Source: a bacterium
GTDB taxonomy: Bacteria; UBP6; UBA1177
Length of the DNA stretch: 64,000 bases
NCBI GenBank assembly: GCA_017961325.1
Contig: JAGCXM010000019.1
Coordinates: 4,417-68,416 of the forward strand
Direction of reading: 5' to 3'
Shown here one piece after another: positions 9,864 to 18,343 of this stretch (position 1 is the first letter of the stretch; the number at the start of each line of letters is the position of its first letter). The position numbers and the translations under genes were made by a program. The notes beneath the pieces are model-generated. The model was not told the origin of the DNA, made no database searches, and saw nothing but the letters and a program-made list of their open reading frames with translations.

Positions 9864-10600
9864 CCCAGATCGCGCGTTCCGTTGCAATCAGGATATCTGG
9901 AACAGCTCCAGAATTCTTTTCCTGAGTTCTTTCCCTTTTTTGCCACGCGCTTTATCATCGGCTTACCGCATTTCGGGCACATCGGTGCATTTGCATCGAT
10001 ACTTTGTTCCGTGCGACGGGCAAGGCGTTCTGCGGTCAACGCTTCGGTAAAACCGCCTTCCTCTTTGAATGCTGCAAGCCGGTTTGATATTTGTTTGCGC
10101 AGCATCATTATCAGACGGGTGCAGAGAATTATCATGCAGTTTGCCTCAACAGTAGAATTATTCGAAGACAGCCACTTATCGAATTTGTGCTTTTGGGCCA
10201 GAATGTGAATGCCGCTCAAATGCTGGACATCCTCTTTATATGCCGCCGGCTCAAGATCAATTCTGCTGATTTCTGCATATTCCGCCGATTTTACCGACCA
10301 CGGAATGCTTTCGTGATGCAGAAGCCAGTTGATATAGTCGTTTGCTAGTTCGGCAAGACTGGCGCGTGCCACATCAAAAAGTTTCATTTCGGTTTCTCTC
10401 GACGTATCGTGCCGGGAATTTCCCTCGGCGATGTTTGCCGGAACAGACCGCGCAGCCTGCGTCATCTGATCGTACTGACGTCCGCACGGATCATTGCTAC
10501 GGTCAAGATAGCGTTGACAAAAATCCTGAGTCGAAAGCTGAATTACGTTTCCCAAAACCCAAGTGTCAAGCCAATAATAACTTAAATTTCCGATTTTCAT
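9836..10600 (-). CDS. Four-helix-bundle protein (23S rRNA IVP-like family) with suffix domain and topoisomerase-type C4 zinc finger
   Basis: DQMTQAARSVPANIAEG...MKLFDVARASLAEL four-helix-bundle motif; FKEEGGFTEAL suffix motif; CPKCGKPM...FWSCSRYPDC zinc finger. Start ATG 10600 has a GAGG RBS. Confidence 0.9.
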   Translation of the reverse strand: MKIGNLSYYWLDTWVLGNVIQLSTQDFCQRYLDRSNDPCGRQYDQMTQAARSVPANIAEGNSRHDTSRETEMKLFDVARASLAELANDYINWLLHHESIPWSVKSAEYAEISRIDLEPAAYKEDVQHLSGIHILAQKHKFDKWLSSNNSTVEANCMIILCTRLIMMLRKQISNRLAAFKEEGGFTEALTAERLARRTEQSIDANAPMCPKCGKPMIKRVAKKGKNSGKEFWSCSRYPDCNGTRDLGRANPAMIP

Positions 10601-10648
10601 TTTAAACCTCATATTTTTTAAATAAAAACAAAACAACAAACTTTAAAA

Positions 10649-10676
10649 ACTTTATTTAAATCAAATTTAAAATCAA
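10649..10676 (-). promoter_or_regulatory. Putative promoter of the four-helix-bundle gene, inside the repeat-bounded segment
   Basis: TTGATT-N16-TAAAGT in an AT-rich stretch. Confidence 0.45.
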
Positions 10677-10694
10677 GTTTTTCGGCGTGCACTT

Positions 10695-10735
10695 CGAAAT
10701 CATGGAATCGCAGGATCACGGCAGGATTGGCGCGC
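10695..10735. repeat. 41-nt direct repeat, copy 2 (upstream of the four-helix-bundle gene)
   Basis: cgaaatcatggaatcgcaggatcacggcaggattggcgcgc; 34/41 identical to 9823..9863. Confidence 0.85.
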
Positions 10736-10783
10736 TAGGATTTCCGAATTTTCAAAAAGATTTTACGTGTTCAATAACGAGGT

Positions 10784-11052
10784 TTGCCTGTGATAACTTT
10801 TATTTCTCCGAAAAAAGCGGTGAATGCGGCATTTTACAGGCTGCCTGTGCTTCAGACAGAAATGGATCGGTTGAAGAGTAATTTTGAAATTTATCTCAAG
10901 TCAGGAAAAGCCGATGAAAGCGAGGAATTTCACAAAAAACTGATCAAAGATTTTCTGGCTAACACCTTTTTTAGTCCCAATTATGCGGTAAAACGAACGG
11001 CCGCGAGGATTTAGTTGTTTTCAACGGAAATAACACTGCTTCTAAACCGGCA
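10784..11052 (+). pseudogene. Frameshifted, truncated 5' remnant of a type IIG (Eco57I-like) restriction-modification enzyme
   Basis: GAGG RBS + TTG. ISPKKAVNAAFYRLPV...ESEEFHKKLIKDFLANTFFSPNYAV continues after a frameshift at ~10991 as TNGREDLVVFNGNNTASKPA, resembling the SPKK.LN.A...ESEE..K.L..DFL..TF...Y..NT.GR.DL.I.NG N-terminus of large fused IIG enzymes as I recall it. No catalytic or methyltransferase part follows. Confidence 0.7.
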
Positions 11053-11090
11053 AAATCTCCATTACGGCAGGTTTGCGTGCCCGAAAAGAC

Positions 11091-12089
11091 TTATTTTCCG
11101 ATCGTTGCGCACATAACCGCTTTGATGGTGTGCATTCTGTTTTCTGCTTCGTCGAAAACTTTGGAGTATCTGCTTCTGAAGACTTCGTCGGTGACTTCCA
11201 TTTCTTTGATGCCGAACTTGTCGAAAATTTCTTTGCCGACTTTCGTATTGAGGTCGTGGAAGCTCGGAAGGCAGTGAAGGAAAATGACGTCCGGATTGCC
11301 TGTAGCCTTTATCATCTTCATGTTTACCTGGTAAGCCTTGAGCTGTTTGATTCTCTGCTCGAAAAGTGCTTCTTCGCCCATCGATACCCAAACGTCGGTG
11401 TAGATGACGTCTGCATCTTTTACGGCTTTGATCGGATCTTCGGAGAACTCGATTACGGCGCCGGTCTCTTTAGCGACTTCCTTCATCTCTTTGACGAGGT
11501 TTTTGTCGGGCCAGAGTGCTTTCGGAGCGCATGAAACGAAGTGCATACCCATTTTTGCAGCACCTATCATAAGGCTGTTGCCCATGTTGTTTCTTGCATC
11601 GCCGCAGTAAACGAATTTTACTTTATTAAGAGGTTTCGCAACGTGTTCTTCGATCGTGAGGAAGTCAGCGAGGATCTGTGTCGGATGGTAAAGGTCGGTA
11701 AGACCGTTCCAAACCGGAACGCCTGCATATTTTGCAAGAGTTTCAACAGTTTCCTGCTTGAAACCGCGGAACTCGATTCCGTCAAACATTCTTCCCAAAA
11801 CTTTCGCGGTGTCTTCGATGGACTCTTTTTTGCCCATCTGACTGTCGTTCGAGCCGAGGAATGTTACACCTGCACCTTCATCCATTGCGCCTACTTCAAA
11901 TGCGCAGCGGGTTCTTGTCGAAGTTTTTTCGAAAAGAAGGACAATGTTTTTGCCAGCAAGCAGATCGCCCTTGATGCCTGCTCTTTTCTTTGCTTTGAGA
12001 TTGTGAGCAAGGTCAAGAAGGTAACGGATTTCTTCAGGTGTGAAGTCTTTGAGTGTCAAAAAATTTCTTCCTTTGAGATTAACAGCCAT
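11091..12089 (-). CDS. argF: Ornithine carbamoyltransferase
   Basis: [31 protein letters not shown] and HCLP motifs; start ATG 12089 after GGAGG. Confidence 0.97.
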   Translation of the reverse strand: MAVNLKGRNFLTLKDFTPEEIRYLLDLAHNLKAKKRAGIKGDLLAGKNIVLLFEKTSTRTRCAFEVGAMDEGAGVTFLGSNDSQMGKKESIEDTAKVLGRMFDGIEFRGFKQETVETLAKYAGVPVWNGLTDLYHPTQILADFLTIEEHVAKPLNKVKFVYCGDARNNMGNSLMIGAAKMGMHFVSCAPKALWPDKNLVKEMKEVAKETGAVIEFSEDPIKAVKDADVIYTDVWVSMGEEALFEQRIKQLKAYQVNMKMIKATGNPDVIFLHCLPSFHDLNTKVGKEIFDKFGIKEMEVTDEVFRSRYSKVFDEAENRMHTIKAVMCATIGK

Positions 12090-12130
12090 TTTTTCCTCCA
12101 AAAAAGTTAAAGTTGAACAAAAAACGGCGA

Positions 12131-12158
12131 ATTATAGGAATGCGAAATAAAAAAGCAA
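12131..12158 (-). promoter_or_regulatory. Putative argF promoter
   Basis: TTGCTT-N16-TATAAT followed by TCGCCG. Confidence 0.6.
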
Positions 12159-12166
12159 TCGCCAGA

Positions 12167-12183
12167 TCTCAAAAATTTTGAGA
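12167..12183. promoter_or_regulatory. Perfect 8-1-8 inverted repeat between divergent promoters (possible operator)
   Basis: TCTCAAAA-A-TTTTGAGA. Confidence 0.35.
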
Positions 12184-12226
12184 AAAATGTCAATTTTTCG
12201 GCAGGAATTTCCGTTTTGAATACGGA

Positions 12227-12255
12227 TTGGACTTTAAAAAATTTTATTCTATAAT
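12227..12255 (+). promoter_or_regulatory. Putative promoter of the 12.3-17.3 kb operon
   Basis: TTGGAC-N17-TATAAT. Confidence 0.55.
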
Positions 12256-12281
12256 AATTGGCTTTTTTGCTGGAGTGGAAT

Positions 12282-12938
12282 TTGGGCGGTTTTCGTTTTT
12301 GTTTTTACATTTTTAAAAAATTAGTGTTTCTGACGCTTTTTTTTATTATTTTGTATTTCCAGAATTATTTAATCGTCTATCTCGAAAATCTCGCTGATTG
12401 TTTTCCGGTGACGCTGATTACAACACAGAAAGAGCAGGTTGAGAAGCTGATTTCCCAGCTCAAAACATGCTCTGTTTCGGTGCAGAGCGAGCGGATGGCT
12501 TTTGATTCCTCTATTTTCAATCACTACGAGACCCTTCCGGTTAAGGAAATTTATCTTTATTCGGTGAAAATTCCTTATTCTGACTGGAAGAGCGAAGTAA
12601 AGGACTTGGAAGATGCTATAACGGAAGCCAATCCGTATATCGATGAGATCGTTTCGTTTTACAATTCTTCAAAGATGAAATTCTGGCTTTGTTCCTTTAT
12701 TTTTTCTACTTTGCTGGGAATCTGTTTCATTTTCAGAATTGCAGCTTCAAATAAAGTGACAAAAAAACAATTTGTTGCTGTTTCTGTATTAAATTCAGTG
12801 ATTTATATCATCTACTCCGTGCTTTTGGTCTCTCTTTTCCCGGCTTTTGTCATGCCGCTTTCGGTAATATCGGCAGGGGTTTTGTTCGCTGCATACACGG
12901 TGGTTTCGCTGATAACTTATAAACTTTCAAAATGGTAG
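12282..12938 (+). CDS. Hypothetical membrane protein
   Basis: ORF 12258..12938; TTG 12282 after GGAG is the likelier start given the promoter position. One N-terminal and about three C-terminal hydrophobic segments; no family recognised. Confidence 0.6.
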   Translation: MGGFRFCFYIFKKLVFLTLFFIILYFQNYLIVYLENLADCFPVTLITTQKEQVEKLISQLKTCSVSVQSERMAFDSSIFNHYETLPVKEIYLYSVKIPYSDWKSEVKDLEDAITEANPYIDEIVSFYNSSKMKFWLCSFIFSTLLGICFIFRIAASNKVTKKQFVAVSVLNSVIYIIYSVLLVSLFPAFVMPLSVISAGVLFAAYTVVSLITYKLSKW

Positions 12939-12944
12939 CCTGTC

Positions 12945-14354
12945 ATGCGTAAATTTTTCTATCTCTTACTCTGCATACTCTTAGTTTTTTCATGTTCTCC
13001 TTCAGATTCGGAAGAGGAAAAAAGCGATGCCGATTACGATTCCGTAGTTGATGCCGATAATAATACGGATGATAACGATGCAGATCACGATTCAGCAGTT
13101 GATACTGATACGGACGATAACGAGCCCGATTACGATCCGTGCGATTGTGACGACTGCTGTGTAGATCCATGTGATCCAAATCCGTGTACAAGTGAGGTGG
13201 GCTCTGACGGAACTTGTATTGCAACCGGTTTTTCGACTTATGAGTGCAGATGTGATTTGGATTGTGAGTGGAACGGAACGGAGTGTAATTGTGATATAGC
13301 CGAGTCTTATCCTTGTGACTCCAATCCGTGTGAAAATGATGCTAACTCTGACGGAACTTGTATTGTAATAGGTTGGGAGTATGAGTGCGGATGCGTTGAT
13401 AGTTATGTCTGGGATGAAACAAAAAGAGAGTGCGTATCTTTTGAGTCAGATCCGTGTGATCCCAATCCGTGTCCGGATGGAATTTGTTTTGCAATAGATT
13501 TAACAACTTATCAGTGTAACGGAAACACTGTTTCGGTAAGAATCGTCGCAGGAAACATCACGAGCGGAAACAACCAGTCTTATGATCCCGGGCACGGAAT
13601 AAGGATTTTTCAGGCTTTGAAACCCGACATTGCACTTGTTCAGGAGATGAACTACAAAAACAATTCGGCAAGCGATTACAAAAATTTTGCTCAGCAGATT
13701 GTCGGAACAAATTATTATGCCGTTGACAGTTCCGATTACCAGATTCCGAACGGTGTCGTCAGCAGATATCCGATAACTTCGCACGGTTACTGGAAGGATC
13801 CGAATATCAATAACCGTGCCTTGATGTGGGCTGTAGTCGATATTCCTGGAGATAAAGATATTTTTGCGATAAGTGTCCATCTTCACACGGATCCCGAATC
13901 GGATCAGGTTACTGCTGCAAAGCTGATTGTTGATGAAATAGCGAAAGTCAAAGAGAAAAATCCCGGAAAATACTACTATGTCGTAGGCGGTGATTTCAAC
14001 GGTACGGCAGCAGTTTCTTCAAACGGATTCGGCAAAAACGATACTTTTTATGTTGCCGGACCTCATCCTGTCGACGAAAACGGTAAAAGCAATACAAACA
14101 GCGGCAGAAAAGAACATTACGATTTCGTTTTAGCTGATTATCCGCTGCATGATTTTCAAGTTGGTACGGTTTATTACTCATCAAAAGATTCAACAAAAAC
14201 AAAAACTTATAAAAACGGACTCGTTTTTGACACGCGCCTTTACGATCAGAGCGTGCTGAATGAATATTTTTCTCCGGCTCAGACAGGCGATTCAGGGGCT
14301 TCAAATATGCAGCACATGGCTGTAGTCAAAGATTTTCTGATTGAGTTGAAATAA
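12945..14354 (+). CDS. Lipoprotein with three EGF-like Cys modules and a C-terminal endonuclease/exonuclease/phosphatase (EEP) domain
   Basis: Lipobox VFSC, D-rich tether, DPCDPNPC/YPCDSNPC/DPCDPNPC modules; EEP motifs GNI, DIALVQE, SRYPI, SVHL, GGDFN, YDFVL and QHMAV. Confidence 0.85.
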   Translation: MRKFFYLLLCILLVFSCSPSDSEEEKSDADYDSVVDADNNTDDNDADHDSAVDTDTDDNEPDYDPCDCDDCCVDPCDPNPCTSEVGSDGTCIATGFSTYECRCDLDCEWNGTECNCDIAESYPCDSNPCENDANSDGTCIVIGWEYECGCVDSYVWDETKRECVSFESDPCDPNPCPDGICFAIDLTTYQCNGNTVSVRIVAGNITSGNNQSYDPGHGIRIFQALKPDIALVQEMNYKNNSASDYKNFAQQIVGTNYYAVDSSDYQIPNGVVSRYPITSHGYWKDPNINNRALMWAVVDIPGDKDIFAISVHLHTDPESDQVTAAKLIVDEIAKVKEKNPGKYYYVVGGDFNGTAAVSSNGFGKNDTFYVAGPHPVDENGKSNTNSGRKEHYDFVLADYPLHDFQVGTVYYSSKDSTKTKTYKNGLVFDTRLYDQSVLNEYFSPAQTGDSGASNMQHMAVVKDFLIELK

Positions 14355-15098
14355 ATGAAGGAAGATTTTCTCCCAGGAAACAGATTTGCAAGGATTTACC
14401 GCTTCAAAGAAGTTACTTCAACTATGGATGTCTGTGAAGAGTTGATAAAATCAGGAGTCTGCAGAGGAATGGTAGTTGCTGAATCGCAGACTTCCGGACG
14501 CGGCAGAAACGCAAAAAAGTGGGTCTCAGTTGCCAACGGAAACATTTATCTATCTTTTTTTGACGAACTTGATCCGGAACTTTCCCTGATTCCGCAAAGA
14601 TGCGCTGCCGCTGCATTTCTAACGGTAAAACAATTTGTCGGAAATTCAGCTGAAATTATGATAAAATGGCCGAACGATATTCTTATTGATATGAAAAAAG
14701 TGTCCGGAATCATTGCAAAGACGATGCTTTTTGAAGGAAAAAGATTTTATATCGGAGGAATAGGAATCAATGTTTTTCCGCCGGAAGAAAACGGCATGAA
14801 ATTTGTCTGGGAACCGGCCGCGGTTTCTGAATTTGCAGAAGTTTCGACGGAAGATGTTTTAACAGCTCTTGTCAAAGGCACAGATTTTGCGTTTTCTGCG
14901 CAATGCACTGAAATTATTGAAATTTATTCGAAAAATATTGAATGGATGATTGGACGCGGAATAGTTTTTTCGCAGGATCTCCTTCACAATGAAACAGGAA
15001 CAATAACCGGTTTTTCGGATGATTTTTCGATAATAAAAATTATGACAGACGAAGGTTTGAAGGAACTTTCGGCGCTTTCCGTTTTATCAATAAAATAA
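14355..15098 (+). CDS. birA: Biotin--protein ligase (group I, no N-terminal HTH)
   Basis: TSTMD, AESQTSGRGRNAKKW, IKWPNDILIDMKKVSGI and GIGINV motifs. Confidence 0.9.
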   Translation: MKEDFLPGNRFARIYRFKEVTSTMDVCEELIKSGVCRGMVVAESQTSGRGRNAKKWVSVANGNIYLSFFDELDPELSLIPQRCAAAAFLTVKQFVGNSAEIMIKWPNDILIDMKKVSGIIAKTMLFEGKRFYIGGIGINVFPPEENGMKFVWEPAAVSEFAEVSTEDVLTALVKGTDFAFSAQCTEIIEIYSKNIEWMIGRGIVFSQDLLHNETGTITGFSDDFSIIKIMTDEGLKELSALSVLSIK

Positions 15099-15117
15099 TT
15101 TAAAGGGGATCGGGTGT

Positions 15118-17250
15118 ATGAAAGAATGGAATCCTACTGAATCCAACAGATTCCTCATGGGGGTAGCTCTCGTCTTTTTGGCGTTTCTGCTCAACTTTAT
15201 TCCGTCAAAAATAGCCCTGGCATTGAATTTGCCGGTATTTTTGGATTCAATCGGCACTGTTGTCGCCGGGATGATCGGCGGAAACCTGCCGGCTGTAATC
15301 GCAGGATTCTGCGGAAACGCTGTTAACGGAATTTCAGACATAACGACGTTCTATTATGGTATTATAAGTATCATGATAGGTGTCGCTGCCGCTGTTTTCC
15401 AGCGGAACGGATTTTTTAAGAAATGGTATGGAATCCTTGCGGCAATAGTTGTTTTTTCCATTCTGGGCGGCGGTATCGGTTCGGTACTCACATATTTCCT
15501 TTACGGATACGATTTCGGCGAGGGGATATCAGCTCCGTTCGCCGTTGCGATATATGAGTATTTAGGCTTTTCCAAGTTCTTTTCCCAGCTTTTGGCGGAT
15601 ATAATTATAGATGTTTTTGACAAAGCTGTTGTCGTGGGATGTTCGCTTTCGGTTTATCGTGCTATTCCGGAAGCATCAAGAACAAGGGCAGAGCAGCTGT
15701 TCCTTTTTTTCCCTGATTTCGACGGTAAATACAAAAAGGCTTTGTATCACGCAAACATAAAGCGTTCGCTTCTGAAAAAGGTAATAGTTATGGTCATCAT
15801 AGCTGAAATTCTTTTGGGAACTGTGGCTACCATAACCGGTTTTTTCCTTTACAGACAGGTCGCAATCAGCAAATTTACCGAAATCGCAGACGGAGTAACA
15901 AAGGCTGCTTCAGTTGTAATAGATAAGGATAAGATAGAAGAATTTCTTGAAAAGGGACGTGTTGCCGAAGGGTATGCCGAAATAGAGAAAAATCTTTATA
16001 AAATAAAAGAAAGCTTTCCGCAGACTATGTATCTGTATGTCTATAAAATAATGGAGGACGGCTGCCATGTCGTATTCGACCTTGATTCCGAAGGCGGTGC
16101 GGATGCAAGCCAGCCCGGAGAAATCATGGAATTCGATACGACATTTGTGCCTTATCTGCAGAAACTTTTAAAAGGGGAGGAAATAGAACCGATTATTTCA
16201 GATGGCCAGTTTGGCCAGCTTCTTACTGTCTACAAACCGCTAACAGGTTCGACTTATGTCGCCGCAGACATTACAATAGCGAGTATCGTTGCAGATGAAG
16301 CTAAATTTATAATCAAACTGATCTCTATATTTTTCGGACTTTCGATAATAATCATGAGTATTGTTCTTGAACTTGTCAACCGCGGCATAGTCAATCCTGT
16401 CAACCGTATGGCTTACGCTTCGATGAAATTTGCCTACAATTTAAATCATCAGGACAGCGGAAAATCCGGTCTTGAAATGTTGAGATCGCTGGACATACGG
16501 ACTTTCGACGAAATTGAGAATTTGTATCATGCTCTTTCAAAAATGGGCACTGATTCGATTAATCACATCAATCAGCTCAACAGACAGAACGAGCGGATCA
16601 TGAAAATGCAGGAAGAAATTATTATCAATTTCGCCGAAATGGTCGAAGCGCGAGACAACAGCACCGGTAACCACATTAAAAAAACGGCGTTTTATGTTGA
16701 GGCTATCGCAAAAGAACTGCAAAAGGAAGGTGCGTTCAAAGATGTTTTGACCGACACCTATATCAGGATTTTGAAACGTTCGGCACCGCTTCACGATATC
16801 GGAAAAATCGCAATTTCCGACATTATTCTGAACAAACCGGGAAAGTTGACTGATGAAGAGTTTAAAATCATGCAGAGCCATACGACCGAAGGAAAAAATA
16901 TTCTGATGAAAATAGAGGCAACAGCAAGCGATATGGATAAAAATTACCTGAAAGAGTCGATTGAAATGGCCTACTATCACCATGAAAAGTGGGACGGAAC
17001 GGGCTATCCGTGCGGCATCAAAGGTGAAGAAATTCCGGTGTCGGCAAGAATCATGGCTGTGGCAGATGTTTTTGACGCACTTGTTGCCGAGCGCATTTAC
17101 AAAAAGGCGTTTTCTTATGAAAAGGCGATGGCGATTATTACCGAGGGTTCCGGAAAGGCCTTCGATCCCGTTGTCGTCGAGGCTTTCATGCACATTTCAA
17201 AAGAACTTTACGACGAAAGAACCGTGCTGGGTCACGATGGCGAATCGTAA
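15118..17250 (+). CDS. Membrane HD-GYP phosphodiesterase with an N-terminal ECF S-component-like domain, extracytoplasmic loop and HAMP-like linker
   Basis: N-terminal LPVFLDSIGT...GG multi-TM segment; C-terminal EARD..TGNH, HDIGK and HHEKWDGTGYP..IPVSARIMAVADVFDAL. Confidence 0.85.
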   Translation: MKEWNPTESNRFLMGVALVFLAFLLNFIPSKIALALNLPVFLDSIGTVVAGMIGGNLPAVIAGFCGNAVNGISDITTFYYGIISIMIGVAAAVFQRNGFFKKWYGILAAIVVFSILGGGIGSVLTYFLYGYDFGEGISAPFAVAIYEYLGFSKFFSQLLADIIIDVFDKAVVVGCSLSVYRAIPEASRTRAEQLFLFFPDFDGKYKKALYHANIKRSLLKKVIVMVIIAEILLGTVATITGFFLYRQVAISKFTEIADGVTKAASVVIDKDKIEEFLEKGRVAEGYAEIEKNLYKIKESFPQTMYLYVYKIMEDGCHVVFDLDSEGGADASQPGEIMEFDTTFVPYLQKLLKGEEIEPIISDGQFGQLLTVYKPLTGSTYVAADITIASIVADEAKFIIKLISIFFGLSIIIMSIVLELVNRGIVNPVNRMAYASMKFAYNLNHQDSGKSGLEMLRSLDIRTFDEIENLYHALSKMGTDSINHINQLNRQNERIMKMQEEIIINFAEMVEARDNSTGNHIKKTAFYVEAIAKELQKEGAFKDVLTDTYIRILKRSAPLHDIGKIAISDIILNKPGKLTDEEFKIMQSHTTEGKNILMKIEATASDMDKNYLKESIEMAYYHHEKWDGTGYPCGIKGEEIPVSARIMAVADVFDALVAERIYKKAFSYEKAMAIITEGSGKAFDPVVVEAFMHISKELYDERTVLGHDGES

Positions 17251-17266
17251 CGGTTTCTCTTTCAAT

Positions 17267-17294
17267 TTGACTAAATTTTGAAGATCGATAAAAT
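17267..17294 (+). promoter_or_regulatory. Putative gpsA operon promoter
   Basis: TTGACT-N16-TAAAAT. Confidence 0.6.
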
Positions 17295-17320
17295 TTCAGG
17301 TTTTTTGTTCGGAGGTAATT

Positions 17321-18343
17321 ATGGTAAAAGTCGGTGTTGTTTCGGCCGGAAGCTGGGGAACGGCTCTGGCTGGAATGCTTGCTGAAAAGTATGAAGCCGT
17401 GATCTGGGCGAGAGAGCCGGAAATAGTCGAATCGATAAATTCGGAACATGAAAACAAGCTTTTTCTTCCAGGGATAAAGCTGCCTGAATCTTTGAGGTCG
17501 GTTGCAGACGTCAAAGACGCCGTCGTCGGAAAGGATCTTGTCGTCATTGCGACTCCTGCACAGCACATCAGAAAGTCGATCGAGCAGATTGCCGGCATAA
17601 TTTCGGAAAAAACCTTTATTGTTCTGGCTTCGAAGGGAATAGAGAATTCAACTCTCAAAATGATGTATCAGATCGCCGAAGAGATTCTTCCGCCGGTGCT
17701 TTACAAAAATATTTTCGTCATTTCAGGCCCGACTTTTGCACGTGAGCTTGCTATGAAAATGCCGACCTGCGCCGTCGTTGCCGGAAAAAACTCGGAAGAC
17801 ATCGGTAAAATCCAGAATTTTTTCAATTCCCCGTATATGAGAATCTACACTTCGCGCGACGTTGTCGGAGTCGAGCTCGGCGGTTCGCTGAAAAACGTTT
17901 TTGCTGTTGCGATCGGCATTCTCGAAGGACTTAAAATGGGGAAAAACACTCAGGCAGCGGTTATTACGCGCTCTATTGCTGAAATGACGCGCCTTGTCAT
18001 GGCGATGGGAGGAAATCCGCGGACCATGTCCGGTCTGAGCGGAGTAGGCGACTTGGTTCTGACATGCACCGGGGATCTCAGCCGAAACAGACAGGTCGGA
18101 ATCAGACTCGGACAGGGCGAAAAGATAAATGATATTCTTGATTCGATGATTATGGTTGCCGAAGGTATTCCTACTACCGCTTCGGTTCATGATCTTGCAG
18201 CGAAAATGAATGTCGAAATGCCTATCACCGAAACGCTTTACGACGTTATTTACAACGACGCCGATATCAAAGAGGCTATTAAAAAACTGATGTCGAGAAG
18301 CCTCAAGGACGAACTTCTTTCCTACGGTGGCGAAAATGATTAA
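17321..18343 (+). CDS. gpsA: NAD(P)H-dependent glycerol-3-phosphate dehydrogenase
   Basis: AGSWGTALA, SKGIE, SGPTFA, GGSLKNV and GVGDLVLTCTGDLSRN motifs. Confidence 0.97.
   Translation: MVKVGVVSAGSWGTALAGMLAEKYEAVIWAREPEIVESINSEHENKLFLPGIKLPESLRSVADVKDAVVGKDLVVIATPAQHIRKSIEQIAGIISEKTFIVLASKGIENSTLKMMYQIAEEILPPVLYKNIFVISGPTFARELAMKMPTCAVVAGKNSEDIGKIQNFFNSPYMRIYTSRDVVGVELGGSLKNVFAVAIGILEGLKMGKNTQAAVITRSIAEMTRLVMAMGGNPRTMSGLSGVGDLVLTCTGDLSRNRQVGIRLGQGEKINDILDSMIMVAEGIPTTASVHDLAAKMNVEMPITETLYDVIYNDADIKEAIKKLMSRSLKDELLSYGGEND

Noticed and set aside
9645-9887. 81-aa N-terminal extension of Kbl in the ORF track
   Set aside because: Non-homologous, runs through the 8-nt repeat arrays, and a strong RBS and promoter support ATG 9644.
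9756-10745. CRISPR array or IS terminal inverted repeats
   Set aside because: There are no regularly spaced identical repeats with unique spacers, no cas genes, no transposase and no clear target-site duplication; reported instead as a repeat-bounded cassette.
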